Assembly: GCA_040954595.2 (NCBI GenBank)
Contig: CM082584.2
Coordinates: 372,001 to 436,000, forward strand
Length of the DNA stretch: 64,000 nucleotides
From: Balanoglossus misakiensis
Lineage: Eukaryota > Animalia > Hemichordata
Direction: 5' to 3'
Both the position numbers and the translations under genes were made by a program. The first letter of the stretch is position 1; each line of letters starts with the position of its first letter. The notes under the pieces are model-generated. The model had not been told where the DNA came from, searched no databases, and saw only the letters and a list, made by a program, of their open reading frames with translations. Positions 23,201 to 36,892 of the stretch are shown here, one piece after another.

Positions 23201-26200
23201 TGCTCTAGAGTGCCGGGGCTTCAGCTGAGCCAGGCCGTAGGAAACCCGACGTGATTACCGTTGTTAACTTACGCCAGTCTGTGTCCTCTATATAGTGCCG
23301 GGGCATCAGCTGTGCCAGGCCGGAGGAAATGGGAGTAGATCAACGTGGTCTCTGTACGCGTGTTTCTGCTCTAGAGTGCCAGGGCTTTAGCCAAGCCATG
23401 CCGTAGGAAATCTGACTTGATCAACGTTGCTAACGAACGCTAGTGTCTGTCATAGTGTGCCGGGGTTTTAGTCGAACCAAGCCGTAGGAGATCAGACTTG
23501 ATCAACGTGGTCTCTGTACGCGTGTTTCTGCTCTAGAGTGCCGGGGCTTTATCCCAGCCATGCCGTAGAAAATCTGACTTGATCACCGTTGCTAACGTGC
23601 GCTAGTGTCTGTCATATTGTGACGGAGATTTAGCCGAGCCAGGCCGTAGAAAAATCGACTTGTTCAACGTTACCAGTGTGCAACTGTTTCTGCTCTAGAG
23701 TGTCAGGGTTTTAGCCGACTTATGCTGTAGGAAATCTGAGTTGATGAATTGGAATGCAATGTTAAAAAACCTGTGTGGAAAGTGTCTCTACCCTTTTGAA
23801 ACTAAGAAAATAATTTATTCTTATTTATTTTGTAAAAATCACAATTTTTCGAAAAAAAGTCGAAAATGGTAATTTTGTCATGGGTGATTCAAATTATACC
23901 GCCTTTTCTGGAATTTGCAGCACTTTTTACAAGAGAACGACACTTCATGCTCCATAATATTTCCGAAAATGAAGAAAAGAGTTAATTTTTTATGATTTTT
24001 TAAAAATCTACCATTTTTGTCAAAATATGGCCAAAATGGCTATTTTTTCTTGAATTCCGTCAATATCTCTGCATTTTTGGAGTGGTCGAAAGTTTTAACA
24101 TACAATCAACATGTCATATATGATCAGGGCACCAAATTCGAAGAACAAAGTTTTTTTTTTATTTTTTTTTCTAAAAATGACATTTTCAAGGAAAATTTGG
24201 TAAAACGCAATTTTGTCTGCAGTGAGCCAAATTGGCCGTTTTTTTGTGGAATTTGTATCGATATATGTATACGAAGAGCATTCTATACTCCATCAGATTT
24301 CCGAAAATGTAGAAAACAGGTATTTTTTGTAATTTTCAAAAATTTACCATTTTGACCGAATTGTGGCTACAATTGTTATTTTCGTGTTGAATGCCGCCAG
24401 TGTCACTGCTTTTAAAAGTCATTAAAACTTTTAACACACAAGCAATTGTTTATATATGATCAGGTCACCGAATTTAAAGAATAAAGAATGTTTTCCCTAA
24501 AAATGACCTTTTTGGTGCAAAAACGAATAAAACGCAATTTTGTATTAAATCAGCTCATTCAGAGTGCATTCTTTATAATCAGCACCATTTTTACATATAA
24601 TGGAAATTTCATACATCATCAGATATCCAAATATGAAAAAATGATTTAGATTTTAGATGATTGTCCAAAAGTAGCTGATATCTAATAAATGTAGTATTGA
24701 ACCGTTCTGTTCCCCCCCCCCCTACATTACATGCGGTACGCCGATGTCAGCTTACCCGGCAGTACTGTAGGCCGTGCCCCCAACAAACGTCGGTGTTTGA
24801 AACGCCCTGGTTAAATTCGGGCTCTCTCTATAAATCGACAGGCAATAATGCAGTCCTACCGGAACAAATGTCAAGTGTTGAACCGCTGTGACTTTCCCTG
24901 TTCGGTTTGCCCGACTTAGCCAACGTCTTTGTACTAGAGTGACGGGTCTTTTGCAGAGCCAGGCCGAAGGAAATCCGACTTGATCACCGTTGCTAACGAA
25001 CGCTAGTGTCTGTCATGGTGTGCCGGGGTTTTAGTCGAGCCAGGCCGTAGGAGATCTGACTTGATCATCGTGGTCAATGTACGCGTGTTTCCGCTCTAAA
25101 GTGCCGGGGTTTCAGCTAAACCAGGCCGTAGGAAATCCGACGTAATCACCGTTGATAACTTACGCCAGTCTGTGTCATATAGAGCCGGTGCACCAGCCGA
25201 GTCACGCCGTAGGAAATCTGACTTGATCAACGTGGTCAATGTACGCCTGTTTCTGCTCTAGAGTGCCGGGGCTTCAGCTGAGCCAGGCCGTAGGAAACCC
25301 GACGTGATTACCGTTGTTAACTTACGCCTGTCTGTGTCCTATATATAGTGCCGGGGCATCAGCCGTGCCAGGCCGAAGGAAATGTGAGAAGATCAACGTG
25401 GTCTCTGTACGCGTGTTTCTGCTCTAGAGTGCCAGGGCTTTAGCTAAGCCATGCCGTAGGAAATCTGACTTGATCAAAATTGCTAACGAACGCTAGTGTC
25501 TGTCATAGTGTGCCGGGGTTTTAGTCGAGCCAAGCCGTAGGAGATCAGACTTGATCAACGTGGTCTCTGTACGCGTGTTTCTGCTCTAGAGTGCCGGGGC
25601 TTTATCCAACCCATGCCGTAGAAAATCTGACTTGATCACCGTTGCTAACGTACGCTAGTGTCTGTCATATTGTGACGGAGATTTAGCCGAGCCAGGCCGT
25701 AGAAAAATCGACTTGTTCAACGTTACCAGTGTGCAACTGTTTCTGCTCTAGAGTGTCAGGGTTTTAGCCGACTTATGCTGTAGGAAATCTGAGTTGATGA
25801 CGGGAATTCAATGTTAGAAAACCCGTGTGGAAAGTATCTCTACCCGTTTGAAACTAAGAAAAGAATTTATTCTTATTTATTTTGTAAAAAAGACAATTTT
25901 TCGAAAAAAAGTCGAAAAATTGCAATTTTGTCTTGGGTGATTCAAATTATACCGCCTTTTCTGGAATTTGCAGCACTTTTTACAAGAGAACGACACTTCA
26001 TGCTCCATAATATTTCCGAAAATGAAGAAAAGAGTTTATTTTTTATGATTTTTTAAAAATGTACCATTTTGTCAAAATATGGCCAAAATGGCTATTTTTT
26101 CTTGAATTCCGTCAATATCTCTGCATTTTTGGAGTGGTCGAAAGTTTTAACATACAATCAACATGTCATATATGATCAGGGCACCAAATTCGAAGAACGA

Positions 26201-29200
26201 AGGTTTTTTTATTTTATTTTTCTAAAAATGACATTTTCAAGAAAAATTTGGTAAAACGCAATTTTGTCTGCAGTGAGCCAAATTAGACGGTCTTTTGTGG
26301 AATTTGTATCGATATATATATACGAAGAGCATTCTATACTCCATCAGATTTCCGAAAATGTAGAAAACAGGTATTTTTTGTAATTTTCAAAAATTTACCA
26401 TTTTGACCAAATTGTGGTTAAAATTGTTATTTTCGTGTTGAATGCCGCCAGTGTCACTGCTTTTAAAAGTCATAAAAACTTTTAACATGCAAGCAATTGC
26501 TTATATATGATCAGGCCACCGAATTAAAAAAATAAAGAATGTTTTGCCTAAAAATGACCTTTTTGGTGCAAAAACGAATAAAACGCAATTTTGTATTAAA
26601 TCAGCTCATTCAGAGTGCATTTTTTATTATCAACACCATTTTTACATATATTGGAAATTTCATACATCATCAGATATCCAAATATGAAAAAATGATTTAG
26701 ATTTTAGATGATTGTCCAAAATTAGCTGATATCTAATAAATGTAGTATTGAACCGTTCTGGCCCCCCCCCCCCTACATTATATGCGGTACGCCGATGTCA
26801 GCTTACCCGGCAGTACTGCAGGCCGTGCCCCCAAATAACGTCGGTGTTTGAAACGCCCTGGTTAAATTCGGGCTTTCTCTATAAATTGACAGGCAATAAT
26901 GCAGTCCTACCCGAACAAATGTCGAGTGTTGACCCGCTGTGACTTTCCCTCTTCGGTTTGCCCGACTTAGCTAACGTCTTTGTACTAATGTGTCGGGTCT
27001 TTTGCAGAGCCAGGCCGAAGGAAATCCGACTTGATCACCGTTGCTAACGAACGCTAGTGTCTGTCATGGTGTGCCGGGGTTTTAGTCGAGCCAGGCCGTA
27101 GGAGATCTGACTTGATCATCGTGGTCAATGTACGCGTGTTTCCGCTCTAAAGTGCCGGGGCTTCAGCTAAACCATGCCGTAGGAAATCCGACGTAATCAC
27201 CGTTGATAACTTACGCCAGTCTGTGTCATATAGAGCCGGTGCACCAGCCGAGTCACGCCGTAGGAAATCTTACTTGATCAACGTGGTCAATGTACGCCTG
27301 TTTCTGCTCTAGAGTGCCGGGGCTTCAGCTGAGCCAGGCCGTGGGAAACCCGACGTGATTACCGTTGTTAACTCACGCCAGTTTGTGTCCTATATATAGT
27401 GCCGGGGCATCAGCCGTGCCAGGCCGAAGGAAATGTGAGTAGATCAACGTGGTCTCTGTACGCGTGTTTCTGCTCTAGAGTGCCAGGGCTTTAGCCAAGC
27501 CATGCCGTAGGAAATCTGACTTGATCAACGTTGCTAACGAACGCTAATGTCTGTCATAGTGTGCCGGGGTTTTAGTCGAGCCAAGCCGTAGGAGATCAGA
27601 CTTGATCAACGTGGTCTCTGTACGCGTGTTTCTGCTCTAGAGTGCCGGGGCTTTATCCAACCCATGCCGTAGAAAATCTGACTTGATCACCGTTGCTAAC
27701 GTACGCTAGTGTCTGTCATATTGTGACAGAGATTTAGCCGAGCCAGGCCGTAGAAAAATCGACTTGTTCAACGTTACCAGTGTGCAACTGTTTCTGCTCT
27801 AGAGTGTCAGGGTTTTAGCCGACTTATGCTGTAGGAAATCTGAGTTGATGAACGGGAATTCAATGTTAGAAAACCCGTGTGGAAAGTATCTCTACCCGTT
27901 TGAAACTAAGAAAAGAATTTATTCTTATTTATTTTGTAAAAAAGACAATTTTTCGAAAAAAAGTCGAAAAATTGCAATTTTGTCTTGGGTGATTCAAATT
28001 ATACCGCCTTTTCTGGAATTAGCAGCACTTTTTACAAGAGAACGACACTTCATGCTCCATAATATTTCCGAAAATGAAGAAAAGAGTTAATTTTTTATGA
28101 TTTTTCAAAAATTTACCATTTTTTTCAAAATATGGCCAAAATGGCTATTTTTCTTGAATTCCGTCAATATCTCTGCATTTTTGGAGTGGTCGAGAGTTTT
28201 AACATACAATCAACATGTCATATATGATCAGGGCACCAAATTCGAAGAATAAAGGTTTTTTTATTTTTTTTTCTAAAAATGACATTTTCAAGGAAAATTT
28301 GGTAAAACGCAATTTTGTCTGCAGTGAGCCAAATTAGACGGTCTTTTGTGGAATTTGTATCGATATATACATACGAAGGGCATTCTATACTCCATCAGAT
28401 TTCCGAAAATGTAGAAAACAGGTATTTTTTGTAATTTTCAAAAATTTACCATTTTGACCAAATTGTGGTTAAAATTGTTATTTTCGTGTTGAATGCCGCC
28501 AGTGTCACTGCTTTTAAAAGTCATAAAAACTTTTAACATGCAAGCAATTGCTTATATATGATCAGGCCACCGAATTAAAAAAATAAAGAATGTTTTGCCT
28601 AAAAATGACCTTTTTGGTGCAAAAACGAATAAAACGCAATTTTGTATTAAATCAGCTCATTCAGAGTGCATTTTTTATTATCAGCACCATTTTTACATAT
28701 ATTGGAAATTTCATACATCATCAGATATCCAAATATGAAAAAATGATTTAGATTTTAGATGATTGTCCAAAATTAGCTGATATCTAATAAATGTAGTATT
28801 GAACCGTTCTGCCCCCCCCCCCCCCTACATTATATGCGGTACGCCGATGTCAGCTTACCCGGCAGTACTGCAGGCCGTGCCCCCAAATAACGTCGGTGTT
28901 TGAAACGCCCTGGTTAAATTCGGGCTTTCTCTATAAATTGACAGGCAATAATGCAGTCCTACCCGAACAAATGTCGAGTGTTGACCCGCTGTGACTTTCC
29001 CTCTTCGGTTTGCCCGACTTAGCCAACGTCTTTGTACTAATGTGTCGGGTCTTTTGCAGAGCCAGGCCGAAGGAAATCCGACTTGATCACCGTTGCTAAC
29101 GAACGCTAGTGTCTGTCATGGTGTGCCGGGGTTTTAGTCGAGCCAGGCCGTAGGAGATCTGACTTGATCATCGTGGTCAATGTACGCGTGTTTCCGCTCT

Positions 29201-32200
29201 AAAGTGCCGGGGCTTCAGCTAAACCATGCCGTAGGAAATCCGACGTAATCACCGTTGATAACTTACGCCAGTCTGTGTCATATAGAGCCGGTGCACCAGC
29301 CGAGTCACGCCGTAGGAAATCTTACTTGATCAACGTGGTCAATGTACGCCTGTTTCTGCTCTAGAGTGCCGGGGCTTCAGCTGAGCCAGGCCGTGGGAAA
29401 CCCGACGTGATTACCGTTGTTAACTTACGCCAGTTTGTGTGCTATATATAGTGCCGGGGCATCAGCCGTGCCAGGCCGAAGGAAATGTGAGTAGATCAAC
29501 GTGGTCTCTGTACGCGTGTTTCTGCTCTAGAGTGCCGGGGCTTTATCCAACCCATGCCGTAGAAAATCTGACTTGATCACCGTTGCTAACGTACGCTAGT
29601 GTCTGTCATATTGTGACGAGATTTAGCCGAGCCAGGCCGTAGAAAAATCGACTTGTTCAACGTTACCAGTGTGCAACTGTTTCTGCTCTAGAGTGTCAGG
29701 GTTTTAGCCGACTTATGCTGTAGGAAATCTGAGTTGATGAACGGGAATTCAATGTTAGAAAACCCGTGTGGAAAGTATCTCTACCCGTTTGAAACTAAGA
29801 AAAGAATTTATTCTTGTTTATTTTGTAAAAAAGACAATTTTTCGAAAACAAGTCGAAAATGGTAATTTTGTCTTGGGTGATTCAAATTATACCACATTTT
29901 CTGGAATTTGCAGCACTTTTTACAAGAGAACGACACTTCATGCTCCATAATATTTCCGAAAATGAAGAAAAGAGTTTATTTTTTATGATTTTTTAAAAAT
30001 GTACCATTTTGTCAAAATATGGCCAAAATGGCTATTTTTTCTTGAATTCCGTCAATATCTCTGCATTTTTGGAGTGGTCGAAAGTTTTAACATACAATCA
30101 ACATGTCATATATGATCAGGGCACCAAATTCGAAGAACGACGGTTTTTTTATTTTATTTTTCTAAAAATCACATTTTCAAGAAAAATTTGGTAAAACGCA
30201 ATTTTGTCTGCAGTGAGCCAAATTAGACGGTCTTTTGTGGAATTTGTATCGATATATATATACGAAGAGCATTCTATACTCCATCAGATTTCCGAAAATG
30301 TAGAAAACAGGTATTTTTTGTAATTTTCAAAAATTTACCATTTTGACCAAATTGTGGTTAAAATTGTTATTTTCGTGTTGAATGCCGCCAGTGTCACTGC
30401 TTTTAAAAGTCATAAAAACTTTTAACATGCAAGCAATTGCTTATATATGATCAGGCCACCGAATTAAAAAAATAAAGAATGTTTTGCCTAAAAATGACCT
30501 TTTTGGTGCAAAAACGAATAAAACGCAATTTTGTATTAAATCAGCTCATTCAGAGTGCATTTTTTATAATCAGCACCATTTTTACATATATTGGAAATTT
30601 CATACATCATCAGATATCCAAATATGAAAAAATGATTTAGATTTTAGATGATTGTCCAAAATTAGCTGATATCTAATAAATGTAGTATTGAACCGTTCTG
30701 TCCCCCCCCCCCTACATTATATGCGGTACGCCGATGTCAGCTTACCCGGCAGTACTGCAGGCCGTGCCCCCAAATAACGTCGGTGTTTGAAACGCCCTGG
30801 TTAAATTCGGGCTTTCTCTATAAATTGACAGGCAATAATGCAGTCCTACCCGAACAAATGTCGAGTGTTGACCCGCTGTGACTTTCCCTCTTCGGTTTGC
30901 CCGACTTAGCCAACGTCTTTGTACTAATGTGTCGGGTCTTTTGCAGAGCCGGGCCGAAGGAAATCCGACTTGATCACCGTTGCTAACGAACGCTAGTGTC
31001 TGTCATGGTGTGCCGGGGTTTTAGTCGAGCCAGGCCGTAGGAGATCTGACTTGATCATCGTGGTCAATGTACGCGTGTTTCCGCTCTAAAGTGCCGGGGC
31101 TTCAGCTAAACCATGCCGTAGGAAATCCGACGTAATCACCGTTGATAACTTACGCCAGTCTGTGTCATATAGAGCCGGTGCACCAGCCGAGTCACGCCGT
31201 AGGAAATCTTACTTGATCAACGTGGTCAATGTACGCCTGTTTCTGCTCTAGAGTGCCGGGGCTTCAGCTGAGCCAGGCCGTGGGAAACCCGACGTGATTA
31301 CCGTTGTTAACTTACGCCAGTTTGTGTCCTATATATAGTGCCGGGGCATCAGCCGTGCCAAGCCGAAGGAAATGTGAGTAGATCAACGTGGTCTCTGTAC
31401 GCGTGTTTCTGCTCTAGAGTGCCAGGGCTTTAGCCAAGCCATGCCGTAGGAAATCTGACTTGATCAACGTTGCTAACGAACGCTAATGTCTGTCATAGTG
31501 TGCCGGGGTTTTAGTCGAGCCAAGCCGTAGGAGATCAGACTTGATCAACGTGGTCTCTGTACGCGTGTTTCTGCTCTAGAGTGCCGGGGCTTTATCCAAC
31601 CCATGCCGTAGAAAATCTGACTTGATCACCGTTGCTAACGTACGCTAGTGTCTGTCATATTGTGACGGAGATTTAGCCGAGCCAGGCCGTAGAAAAATCG
31701 ACTTGTTCAACGTTACCAGTGTGCAACTGTTTCTGCTCTAGAGTGTCAGGGTTTTAGCCGACTTATGCTGTAGGAAATCTGAGTTGATGACGGGAATTCA
31801 ATGTTAGAAAACCCGTGTGGAAAGTATCTCTACCCGTTTGAAACTAAGAAAAGAATTTATTCTTATTTATTTTGTAAAAAAGACAATTTTTCGAAAAAAA
31901 GTCGAAAAATTGCAATTTTGTCTTGGGTGATTCAAATTATACCGCCTTTTCTGGAATTTGCAGCACTTTTTACAAGAGAACGACACTTCATGCTCCATAA
32001 TATTTCCGAAAATGAAGAAAAGAGTTTATTTTTTATGATTTTTTAAAAATGTACCATTTTGTCAAAATATGGCCAAAATGGCTATTTTTTCTTGAATTCC
32101 GTCAATATCTCTGCATTTTTGGAGTGGTCGAGAGTTTTAACATACAATCAACATGTCATATATGATCAGGGCACCAAATTCGAAGAACGAAGGTTTTTTT

Positions 32201-33271
32201 ATTTTATTTTTCTAAAAATGACATTTTCAAGAAAAATTTGGTAAAACGCAATTTTGTCTGCAGTGAGCCAAATTAGACGGTCTTTTGTGGAATTTGTATC
32301 GATATATATATACGAAGAGCATTCTATACTCCATCAGATTTCCGAAAATGTAGAAAACAGGTATTTTTTGTAATTTTCAAAAATTTACCATTTTGACCAA
32401 ATTGTGGTTAAAATTGTTATTTTCGTGTTGAATGCCGCCAGTGTCACTGCTTTTAAAAGTCATAAAAACTTTTAACATGCAAGCAATTGCTTATATATGA
32501 TCAGGCCACCGAATTAAAAAAATAAAGAATGTTTTGCCTAAAAATGACCTTTTTGGTGCAAAAACGAATAAAACGCAATTTTGTATTAAATCAGCTCATT
32601 CAGAGTGCATTTTTTATTATCAGCACCATTTTTACATATATTGGAAATTTCATACATCATCAGATATCCAAATATGAAAAAATGATTTAGATTTTAGATG
32701 ATTGTCCAAAATTAGCTGATATCTAATAAATGTAGTATTGAACCGTTCTGCCCCCCCCCCCCCTACATTATATGCGGTACGCCGATGTCAGCTTACCCGG
32801 CAGTACTGCAGGCCGTGCCCCCAAATAACGTCGGTGTTTGAAACGCCCTGGTTAAATTCGGGCTTTCTCTATAAATTGACAGGCAATAATGCAGTCCTAC
32901 CCGAACAAATGTCGAGTGTTGACCCGCTGTGACTTTCCCTCTTCGGTTTGCCCAACTTAGCCAACGTCTTTGTACTAATGTGTCGGGTCTTTTGCAGAGC
33001 CAGGCCGAAGGAAATCCGACTTGATCACCGTTGCTAACGAACGCTAGTGTCTGTCATGGTGTGCCGGGGTTTTAGTCGAGCCAGGCCGTAGGAGATCTGA
33101 CTTGATCATCGTGGTCAATGTACGCGTGTTTCCGCTCTAAAGTGCCGGGGCTTCAGCTAAACCATGCCGTAGGAAATCCGACGTAATCACCGTTGATAAC
33201 TTACGCCAGTCTGTGTCATATAGAGCCGGTGCACCAGCCGAGTCACGCCGTAGGAAATCTTACTTGATCAA

Positions 33272-33320
33272 TATAATAATCTTTTATTTGCGTTTTAAGG
33301 CCGCCGGCCCATATGCAAAG
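33272..33320 (-). terminator. LINE 3' end: stem-loop, AATAAA and short (ATT)n-like tail
   Basis: Minus strand reads TTTGC-ATAT-GGGCC-GGC-GGCCT-TAAAAC-GCAAA-TAAAAG-ATTATTATA, then the TSD. Confidence 0.65.
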
Positions 33321-33407
33321 GGGGTACATTTAGATTTTTCCAAAAGAGAGATACAACAAAACATATAAGTGGAGTGCATAGCAAGGTATATCAGAACACA
33401 AATCGCA

Positions 33408-35729
33408 TCACTGTGAGTAAACGTACATTACAGCTTTTTCTCGAAGTCTGAAAGCTCTGTGGACAAAATTACAGAGACTAAGTAGGTCATCTGAAAGAGA
33501 TGACCTCATAAACCTTAGAAATTTACAGAAATTTGGTTCCAGAAACAATTCCTTTGGTAAGTACCGTATTCTCAAATTATTGTACAGTGGGCAAATTACA
33601 AGAAAGTGGTATTCATCTTCTACCATATTTGTGTTACAAACTTTACAAAATCTAAAAGCCGAAGCAATGTTATCTCTCCTGCCTTCTTCGATCGCAAGAG
33701 GGAGTACTGAACAGCGAAAATATGTAAATATTCGGATAGCTTGGTGATTACAGTGAAGGTACAAATATCTCTCAGGCTCTAGTAAACTTTTGAATTGGAT
33801 ATATGTGCGGAGTTTGGGTTTCAGTGAAGCTTTTTCGATCCAACGTTGTTTGTATACATCTTTGACTCTATTTTCGAAGATATACAGAAAATGTTTTTTG
33901 TCACCAACGTCCTGAGAAACCCAGGCAAACCCAAATCCGAATGAAAATAAAATATCCTTTACTGAGGTTGCCCAAGTATTTCTACCCATATTGTCTAAAT
34001 TACACAACATCAAATATGCCTGCCTTGGAATTCTATGGGGTGGCATTTCGAGGAGTTTTAACCAGTAAGCGATGCAACGTTTTATGGTGGTACAATAGAT
34101 AGGGAGACGTCCACATTCTCCCATTACTGCTTCTGTAGTAGTGTGTTTAGGTACTCCCAGCAGTAGCCTACACCACCTCCTCTGTACATTCTCTAACACT
34201 TCAAAATATTGAAATCCCCAAATTTCTGCCCCATATGATAAAATTGGTACAATCATTGCATCGAATAATTTAAAATGAACATTAATATCCAGAAAATCTA
34301 GTTTCCGTCTGGTGGCGGACAATATATTCAAAGCCTTTCCGGCTTGATAAGCTAAAGTGTACACCGCTTTTGACCAAGTATTCCTTGAAGAAAGAAGAAG
34401 ACCCAAGTATTTGTAGTACGAAACTATTTCAAGCATTTTACCACGGAAATACCACTTTTCTAAACGAGAGGGGTGACCCCCTTTTCGAAAAATCATAACC
34501 TTCGTTTTGTCGAGGTTAACCTCCATACGCCATTTTGTACAAAATGAAGAAAGAATGTCAATTAGACTCTGGAGATTTCTAATCGAATCGGCAAATATTA
34601 CCACATCATCTGCATACAGAAGGTCAAAAAGGTCGCGCATATCTTGTGTTAGCTGAATACCCATTTGACCAGATGACATGAACATATGATTGAGTTCTTC
34701 AATAAAGAAACTAAATAGTATTGGACTGAGAATGCATCCCTGTCTCACACCAGCGGGGCATTCAAAATACTGAGACGATACATTGCCAGCCCGTACACAA
34801 GCCTTGACACCACTATACATAGAGTGCAGAATTTGAAACATTTTACCTTTCATACCCAGTGACAACAGTTTGTATAACAAAAGAGAGTGGTTAATTCTGT
34901 CAAAGGCCTTGGAAAAGTCGATAAAGAGGCAGTAAATTTTCCCGCGTCTTATGCTTAAATATTTCTGAATGATAGAGTGCAGAACAAAAATATTGTCAAC
35001 AGTACTATGCTTCTTTCTGAACCCTGATTGGCAATCTGACACTATATTTGAACTGTCCGACCATGTGGACAAACGAGTATTTAGGACAGCGGTAAAGACT
35101 TTACCAAGAGCATTTAAGAGGGAAATACCTCTGTAATTATTGGCGTCCCCCGTGTCTCCTTTTTTGAATAATGGGATCACAATAGCAGAGGACCATTCGG
35201 AAGGGAAAATACCAGAATCGAAAATTAAATTGAATAATTCTACAAGCACTGGTAAAATTATATCTGCAGCAGAGGAGTAAAACTCATTGGGTATGCCATC
35301 TGGACCGGGTGCTTTCCCAGATTTCAACTTTTTAAGACATTTTAACACTTCATCTTCAGTTATTGGGGTATTTAAAACTTCATTTGTATCGTGATCGATC
35401 TCCTCTGGTCCATCCCCGCTAAAATAGTTAGCCAATTGATCTTCGACAGATTGCAAGAACTCCAAATCTCCCGACTTTAAATCGTTGCATTTTCTGTACA
35501 AATCACTGAAATAGTGAAACCATGTCTGGATGTCAATATCACTCGTAGAACCTTTCTTACGGCCAGACACTGACTTTAAAATGGTCCAAAATTCACCCGA
35601 ATTATTCAATGCAGCCTCTCGAAAGCGATTTCGAAGAGAATGTTGATAGTTTGCCTTGCAGTTCTTGCAAATCTGTCTGAAGGATTTTTTCGCAGTTTTA
35701 TAGTGATTTAGTGAATCAGAGCACCCCAT
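33408..35729 (-). CDS. LINE ORF2 C-terminal part: reverse transcriptase and CCHC zinc finger (offset -1 from the endonuclease frame)
   Basis: KAPGPDGI, NYRGISLL, QSGFRK, FIDFSKAFD, GVRQGCILSPILF, LLYADD, YKYLG and CKVC-x9-H-x4-C; no internal stops over 773 aa. Confidence 0.95.
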   Translation of the reverse strand: MGCSDSLNHYKTAKKSFRQICKNCKANYQHSLRNRFREAALNNSGEFWTILKSVSGRKKGSTSDIDIQTWFHYFSDLYRKCNDLKSGDLEFLQSVEDQLANYFSGDGPEEIDHDTNEVLNTPITEDEVLKCLKKLKSGKAPGPDGIPNEFYSSAADIILPVLVELFNLIFDSGIFPSEWSSAIVIPLFKKGDTGDANNYRGISLLNALGKVFTAVLNTRLSTWSDSSNIVSDCQSGFRKKHSTVDNIFVLHSIIQKYLSIRRGKIYCLFIDFSKAFDRINHSLLLYKLLSLGMKGKMFQILHSMYSGVKACVRAGNVSSQYFECPAGVRQGCILSPILFSFFIEELNHMFMSSGQMGIQLTQDMRDLFDLLYADDVVIFADSIRNLQSLIDILSSFCTKWRMEVNLDKTKVMIFRKGGHPSRLEKWYFRGKMLEIVSYYKYLGLLLSSRNTWSKAVYTLAYQAGKALNILSATRRKLDFLDINVHFKLFDAMIVPILSYGAEIWGFQYFEVLENVQRRWCRLLLGVPKHTTTEAVMGECGRLPIYCTTIKRCIAYWLKLLEMPPHRIPRQAYLMLCNLDNMGRNTWATSVKDILFSFGFGFAWVSQDVGDKKHFLYIFENRVKDVYKQRWIEKASLKPKLRTYIQFKSLLEPERYLYLHCNHQAIRIFTYFRCSVLPLAIEEGRRDNIASAFRFCKVCNTNMVEDEYHFLVICPLYNNLRIRYLPKELFLEPNFCKFLRFMRSSLSDDLLSLCNFVHRAFRLREKAVMYVYSQ

Positions 35730-36892
35730 TTTTTCCTAAACAGCTTTAACTTGTCATAGACGTTATTTTTAGCTTGTTGGCAAAGTTCACCAAACCAAGG
35801 TGGCTGAGAAGTCGTTTGTTTGTTCTGAGAGCTAGTCTGAATGCGCCCATCTGTACCTGCTACCTTTAAAGCGTCATTCAGGATATGAATGGAACGACTT
35901 ATGTCTGGCAGTGCCCTTTTTGATTCTACCAACAGGTTGTGCACAGAAGCAGAACGTAAATTATCACTGAAATGATTTCTACATTTCTCAGTCATACGAT
36001 AAACTATAGAATTTGAAACAGTACCAACTGGACGGTTTGTTTTCTGTGTAAGAATGTTTTTAGACTTAAGATGACAGGTGATGGGAAAGTGATCTGATTC
36101 GATACGAGGGAGGACTTCAAAATGGTTAACATATCTGAAAAGGTCTGGTGACATAATTACATAATCGATAACACTGCCACCCGTCGTCGATACGTGGGTA
36201 ATACTGCCTGCAATATCATTGGCTGTGCGCCCGTTAACAATGTGGATACCAAAATTGCGACAGATGTTAAGGAGAGCTTTTCCCGCCTCGTTTACCAATG
36301 TGTCTTTCGAATTTCTAGGTGCATGAAAATCTGACGAAATATACATATCAGTATCAATGGGTAAAAAAGACAGCGAATCGTCAAAAATGAAATCATCGTC
36401 TGTACCCGTTCGTGCATTGAAGTCGCCTCCAAGTATACAAAGGCTATCAGGAAAATTACTTTTCATGACAATGAGTTGATTTTCCAAAGTTTCAATGTGA
36501 TCTAAAATGGACTCTGGTCGTAAATAGCAACAACCAAAAATTACATCGCTATTAAATTGAAATAAACTCTTATGTATCTTGATAAATATACAATTATCTA
36601 TATCAGCATTAACTCTACTCACTTTATCAGCAATATTTTTCTTAATATAAAGCGCAGATCCACCACTCGGTCTACCTTTGACAAATCGTTTTTTGGCAGG
36701 TGATGAGAATACAACGTGGTTTTTCAGAATATCGACATTATCTCTCTCAGTACAAAATGTTTCTTGTAAACCTATAATATCGTACTTTGAACAAAAAGAA
36801 ATAAAGTCACTGTTACCTATTTTTTGCTTTAAACCTCGTATATTCCACGTTAATATTGACAAACTAGAGTTCACAGGGCCTTGGCCACACCC
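35708..36892 (-). CDS. LINE ORF2 N-terminal part: apurinic/apyrimidinic-like endonuclease (no AUG; in frame with ORF1)
   Basis: APE motifs ILTWNIRG, IIGLQET, GGDFNAR, SVIDY and SDHFPI. The frame is open from 36892, immediately after the ORF1 TAG; the track's 'M' at 36874 is a GTG. Confidence 0.9.
   Translation of the reverse strand, partial: GCGQGPVNSSLSILTWNIRGLKQKIGNSDFISFCSKYDIIGLQETFCTERDNVDILKNHVVFSSPAKKRFVKGRPSGGSALYIKKNIADKVSRVNADIDNCIFIKIHKSLFQFNSDVIFGCCYLRPESILDHIETLENQLIVMKSNFPDSLCILGGDFNARTGTDDDFIFDDSLSFLPIDTDMYISSDFHAPRNSKDTLVNEAGKALLNICRNFGIHIVNGRTANDIAGSITHVSTTGGSVIDYVIMSPDLFRYVNHFEVLPRIESDHFPITCHLKSKNILTQKTNRPVGTVSNSIVYRMTEKCRNHFSDNLRSASVHNLLVESKRALPDISRSIHILNDALKVAGTDGRIQTSSQNKQTTSQPPWFGELCQQAKNNVYDKLKLFRKKWGALIH

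Larger units (their letters stand above)
4188..33271 (+). repeat. Composite ~2.05-kb tandem macrosatellite, left part (15 poly-C landmarks)
   Basis: gaaccgttctg-poly(C) recurs at ~4298, 6349, 8599, 10840, 12392, 14444, 16496, 18562, 20110, 22167, 24712, 26762, 28812, 30702 and 32751. Modal spacing is ~2050 bp and units are near-identical. Confidence 0.97.
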
